Shown piece after piece: positions 60,650 through 64,000 of a stretch of 64,000 nucleotides of DNA. Source of the stretch: Candidatus Poribacteria bacterium. GTDB lineage: Bacteria; Poribacteria; WGA-4E; WGA-3G. The stretch spans positions 3,328,001 to 3,392,000 of the forward strand of contig OZ243938.1 in NCBI GenBank assembly GCA_965214095.1, written 5' to 3'. Each line of letters opens with the position of its first letter. Position 1 is the first letter of the stretch. The translations under genes and the position numbers were made by a program. The notes under the pieces were generated by a model that worked only from the letters and a program-made list of their open reading frames with translations, did not search any database and had not been told where the DNA came from.

Positions 60650-60749
60650 AAGTGGACTAACGAGACGGCGCACACAAATACGGCAACGTCAAAAACGTCG
60701 TTTGAAAAGGCAAAAAGCAGCTAAAAAAGAAGCGTTGCAGAAGCAATAA
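60636..60749 (+). CDS. 37-aa highly basic small protein
   Basis: MPRSKSGLTRRRTQIRQRQKRRLKRQKAAKKEALQKQ. Perfect aggagg RBS. Overlaps the upstream stop. Confidence 0.65.
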   Translation: MPRSKSGLTRRRTQIRQRQKRRLKRQKAAKKEALQKQ

Positions 60750-60859
60750 TTGATAATTCTGATGGGACGGGTGTGAATCCCGTCCTGCCCGATATTGCAA
60801 TTTTTAAAGATAGATAGTTATGATAATTCAAAATTAATTGTAGAAATCATGTGTTTTTC

Positions 60860-60892
60860 TTGACATTCTTAATAATAATGAGTATAATTATC
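60860..60892 (+). promoter_or_regulatory. Consensus promoter overlapped by a Fur-like box
   Basis: TTGACA (60860-60865), 17 bp spacer, TATAAT (60883-60888). aataatgagtataattatc (60874-60892) matches GATAATGATAATCATTATC at 15/19. Confidence 0.8.
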
Positions 60893-60959
60893 AGCAATCG
60901 TGTGAGAATAGGCATAACTCACATATATATCTCATTAGTTGTTATTAAACATAACTTAG

Positions 60960-60978
60960 GATAATGAGATTCGTTATC
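60960..60978 (+). promoter_or_regulatory. Fur-like box
   Basis: gataatgagattcgttatc, 16/19 match to the Fur consensus. Confidence 0.75.
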
Positions 60979-61028
60979 AAATATTGACATATCCGAAACC
61001 TATTTGGATTTGGGTTCAACTCAAAGAT

Positions 61029-61057
61029 ATTATGATATTGAGTCTCAATATCATAAT
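61029..61057. promoter_or_regulatory. Perfect palindrome containing a third Fur-like box
   Basis: attatgatattgag-t-ctcaatatcataat. Confidence 0.6.
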
Positions 61058-61073
61058 TGACGGCTTCAACTTT

Positions 61074-62291
61074 ATGAAAAAATTATTTCTATTTATTCTA
61101 TCCGCTGCATTAGGATTGTTTCTTATATTCAGTTTCTGTGCTGTCGCTGATACGAACCCATTTTCGGTTTCTGGTTATGGTATTATCAACTATGCACATT
61201 ATGACTGGGAACTTGACCCGAATAGACGTGCATCCATTGATTTAGAACGTCTTGTGGTTGCACCGAAATACCGAATTAACCGGAATATCCGCCTTGAAGC
61301 GGAAGTGGAGTTTGAACACGGCGGGACCGGTAGCACAATGGAATTTGACAAGTTTGAAGAATTTGGCGAATTCGAGATGGAAATTGAAAAAGGTGGCGAA
61401 GTTATTGTTGAAAAACTTGCTGCTGTCTTTTCTATACATCCTTTACTCAACTTTCGTGTGGGACATATCATCGTGCCAGTCGGACTTTTAGCGAAACGGC
61501 ATAGACCACAACATTACTTTACAACAACCCGATCCGAAGCGGAATCGCACATCATTCCGACTATCTGGCACGAGACTGGCGTTGAACTTTTTGGTTCTCT
61601 GGGACCATTGAAATATCAATCACAAATTATCAACGGACTGGATTCAACAGGATTTAGTTCACGGCACTGGATTGTTCCTGGACATCAACTTCGATTTGAG
61701 ACCGTCAATGCTGAAGCACCCGCGTTTGTCGGACGGCTTGATTTTGAATTTGATGAGAATATTGCTGTCGGTATCTCAGGTTATTTTGGCGATACAGCAG
61801 CGAATCGTCCTAAACCAGATGTTGACTTTGATGCTTATGTTGGCATTGTCAGTTTACACGGATTTTATGAGATGAACGGTGTAAAACTGCGTGGGGTATT
61901 CCTTAGCGGGGCACTTCAAAACGCTGACAGATTGTCAAAAGTCAACCGCACACTTTCCAATAATCTTAATGTCAAGCGAACACCGATTGGCAGTACTGCT
62001 CTCGGCTATTATGTTGAGGTAGGTTACGATGTTCTATCGCTTATCAAAACGGACGCATCTTCACCTGAGTTGGATGTGTTCGCTCGTTTTGATTATTACG
62101 ATACGATGGCAAGTGTTGAAGGAATTATCTTTGATAATCCACGGTGGGAAAGAAGGACCATGACTTTTGGAGTTAACTATCACATACATTCACAACTTGT
62201 TTTCAAGAGTCACTATTCACTAAGACGTTTAGCTGCACAAGAAAAAAATAGAGAAAGGACTTTTGCAGTTGGTCTCGGTTTTCAATATTAA
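61074..62291 (+). CDS. Outer membrane porin-like beta-barrel of an iron-uptake locus
   Basis: Signal peptide, EVEFEHGG, PTIWHETG, C-terminal FQY. Adjacent to imelysin. Start set at the ATG after the Fur boxes. Confidence 0.8.
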   Translation: MKKLFLFILSAALGLFLIFSFCAVADTNPFSVSGYGIINYAHYDWELDPNRRASIDLERLVVAPKYRINRNIRLEAEVEFEHGGTGSTMEFDKFEEFGEFEMEIEKGGEVIVEKLAAVFSIHPLLNFRVGHIIVPVGLLAKRHRPQHYFTTTRSEAESHIIPTIWHETGVELFGSLGPLKYQSQIINGLDSTGFSSRHWIVPGHQLRFETVNAEAPAFVGRLDFEFDENIAVGISGYFGDTAANRPKPDVDFDAYVGIVSLHGFYEMNGVKLRGVFLSGALQNADRLSKVNRTLSNNLNVKRTPIGSTALGYYVEVGYDVLSLIKTDASSPELDVFARFDYYDTMASVEGIIFDNPRWERRTMTFGVNYHIHSQLVFKSHYSLRRLAAQEKNRERTFAVGLGFQY

Positions 62292-62344
62292 AATACATTT
62301 CAGCGGATGGATACCGCTTTTATAAACCAAGGATGGAGGATTCT

Positions 62345-63448
62345 ATGAAATTCTATAAAGTTTGTACACTGTTCTGTTGTTTCTTACTCACGACCGCATT
62401 GCTTATCGGATGTATGGGTTGTAGTGAGGAGGAGGATGATGGCGATGATCAAGTTGAGGCTTATGATGCCGGTACTATGCTCAATGATTTTGCTAACACT
62501 GTTGTCTTGGCAACCTATACCGATTTAGACAATAAAGCTGGAGAGTTATTGACAGCAGTGAAGGCATTAGCAGAGGATACCACACAAGCAAATCTTGAGA
62601 AAGCGCAGCAAGCATGGGTAGCAACACGTAAACCTTGGGAACAGAGCGAAGCGTTCCTGTTTGGTCCTGTTGATACACAGGGACTTGATCCGGCTTTAGA
62701 TAGTTGGCCTGTTGATCGTGTTAGTTTAAAGGCAGTGTTAGAATCTAACGATGAATTAACTGCTGATTTCGTCAAAGATGGATTAGAAGATACGCAGAAA
62801 GGGTTTCATACTATTGAGTTTCTGCTTTTCCGTGAAGGTGATCAACATAAGGCATCAGATATATCTGACCGAGAACTGGAATATCTGGTTGCTTCCACAG
62901 AGTATCTCAAAGAGAGCACTTCTCAACTACGATTGGCGTGGTCACCCGCAGGTGAAAATTTCAGTAATACTGTTGCATCAGCGGGAGAAGACAATGCTGT
63001 CTATCCATCTCAAAGTTCCGCGATTCAAGAAATGGTCAACGGCATGATTACGATTGCCGATGAGGTGGCAAACGGAAAAATATCTGATCCTTATAACCAA
63101 GAAGATACAACTTTGGTTGAATCTCAATTTAGTTTGAATTCTATCTCGGATTTCCAGGACAACATCCGTGGGGTTCAAAATGTCTATATGGGTAAATTCA
63201 CCAATGATGGACAAGGATTGAATGAATTTGTGAACGGTCAAGATGCTGATTTAGATTCACGTTTCCAGTCTGAGATAAAGAATGCGATTGACGCTATTGG
63301 CGCGATACCAGACCCATTCCGAGATTCAATTACTGCAAACAAATCTGCTGTTCAGGCAGCCATTGACGCTGTCAGTACAGTTCATTTGACACTTGAACAA
63401 GATATACTACCGCTTGTTCAGGAAAGTGAGTTTAATAGTGAAATCTGA
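62345..63448 (+). CDS. Imelysin (peptidase M75)-like iron-regulated lipoprotein
   Basis: Lipobox, WEQSEAFLFGP, DSWP, GFHTIEFLL (GxHxxE), EVANGKI, ESQFS. Confidence 0.9.
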   Translation: MKFYKVCTLFCCFLLTTALLIGCMGCSEEEDDGDDQVEAYDAGTMLNDFANTVVLATYTDLDNKAGELLTAVKALAEDTTQANLEKAQQAWVATRKPWEQSEAFLFGPVDTQGLDPALDSWPVDRVSLKAVLESNDELTADFVKDGLEDTQKGFHTIEFLLFREGDQHKASDISDRELEYLVASTEYLKESTSQLRLAWSPAGENFSNTVASAGEDNAVYPSQSSAIQEMVNGMITIADEVANGKISDPYNQEDTTLVESQFSLNSISDFQDNIRGVQNVYMGKFTNDGQGLNEFVNGQDADLDSRFQSEIKNAIDAIGAIPDPFRDSITANKSAVQAAIDAVSTVHLTLEQDILPLVQESEFNSEI

Positions 63449-63570
63449 AATTAACAATACACTTTACATTTAGAAAAACGCGTTTGTAGTCGCGCAATTC
63501 ATTGCGCCTCTTACATTATATAAATAAGTAATTGGGATAGTATGTCTCATTAATTGTCCGTTTTACCATA
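63434..63570. repeat. 137-bp MITE family B, copy 3 (supplies the stop codon of the imelysin gene)
   Basis: Matches 47570-47706. Its first 15 nt encode NSEI*. Confidence 0.88.
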
Positions 63571-63586
63571 AATAAACTATATTGAT

Positions 63587-64000
63587 ATGAAGAATTTTCT
63601 TATTGGAATAACTCTAATTTCCTTGGTATCTGTTGTTGGATGTAAATCAGAATCACAATCAATAATAGGTATTGGAAAATCGTTTGATTCCACCAGTGAA
63701 CTCTCTGGTGGAGACACGACTATATTTGACGGATCAAGTCATGCGTTCTCAATTCCTGCACCTAATCTTTCTCCAGCAGCCCTTCAAAAGCACCTTGACG
63801 GTGATGTTGAATTTGAGGCAGTATTCGTCACTGCTCCTGCGGAGGTTAACCCTGGTTTAGGACCTATCTACAATAATATATCGTGTGTTAACTGTCATAG
63901 CCGTGATGGACGTGGTCGTCCCCCAAATGTTGATGAAAAACTGGTATCATTGTTATTTAGGCTTAGTCTCCCGAATACCGAAGATGGTGAATCTGGAAAA
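63587..64000 (+). CDS. Di-haem oxidoreductase (DHOR/DUF1111-like) lipoprotein, 3'-truncated
   Basis: Hand translation MKNFLIG...VVGC...SGGDTTIFD...AFSIPAPNL...GLGPIYNNISCVNCHSRDGRGRP. Confidence 0.88.
   Translation, partial: MKNFLIGITLISLVSVVGCKSESQSIIGIGKSFDSTSELSGGDTTIFDGSSHAFSIPAPNLSPAALQKHLDGDVEFEAVFVTAPAEVNPGLGPIYNNISCVNCHSRDGRGRPPNVDEKLVSLLFRLSLPNTEDGESGK

Overview
Bacterial chromosomal window, probably Candidatus Poribacteria. This is inferred from lineage-typical proteins (a LamG protein ending GKLTTTWGNIK, a WD40 protein starting WGLPEGAKARLGKG, PhyH) and dense REP/MITE repeats. Contents in order: thyA and folA separated by a non-coding IS200/IS605-type element, a MITE and three paralogous lipoproteins; a ThuA-like and a nagA-like gene; the str-S10-spc-alpha ribosomal cluster (6.7-26 kb), lacking rpmD, adk, map and infA; a porin/lipoprotein pair; a trihaem membrane cytochrome; a divergent dnaE split by an IS607 element (TnpA plus a Fanzor2-like, frameshifted TnpB), with the missing 69-codon C-terminus intact beyond the right end; Rieske/cytochrome b; an orphan DNA methyltransferase; WD40, sppA, PhyH and orphan antitoxins; a nucleotide kinase-NDT fusion; M24, RimK-like, GT4 and dehydrogenase genes; aroF-leuA behind an unannotated Phe/Tyr/Trp-rich leader-peptide attenuator; an IS3 remnant; tyrS; and a Fur-boxed porin-imelysin-DHOR iron-uptake operon. 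No rRNA, tRNA or CRISPR array was seen. Best leads: the dnaE::IS607 split (possible excision switch), the multivalent aromatic attenuator, ribosomal substitutions at antibiotic and accuracy sites, a promoter-bearing ncRNA transposon, and the kinase-NDT fusion. All calls come from reading the sequence and recalled family motifs; no searches were run.
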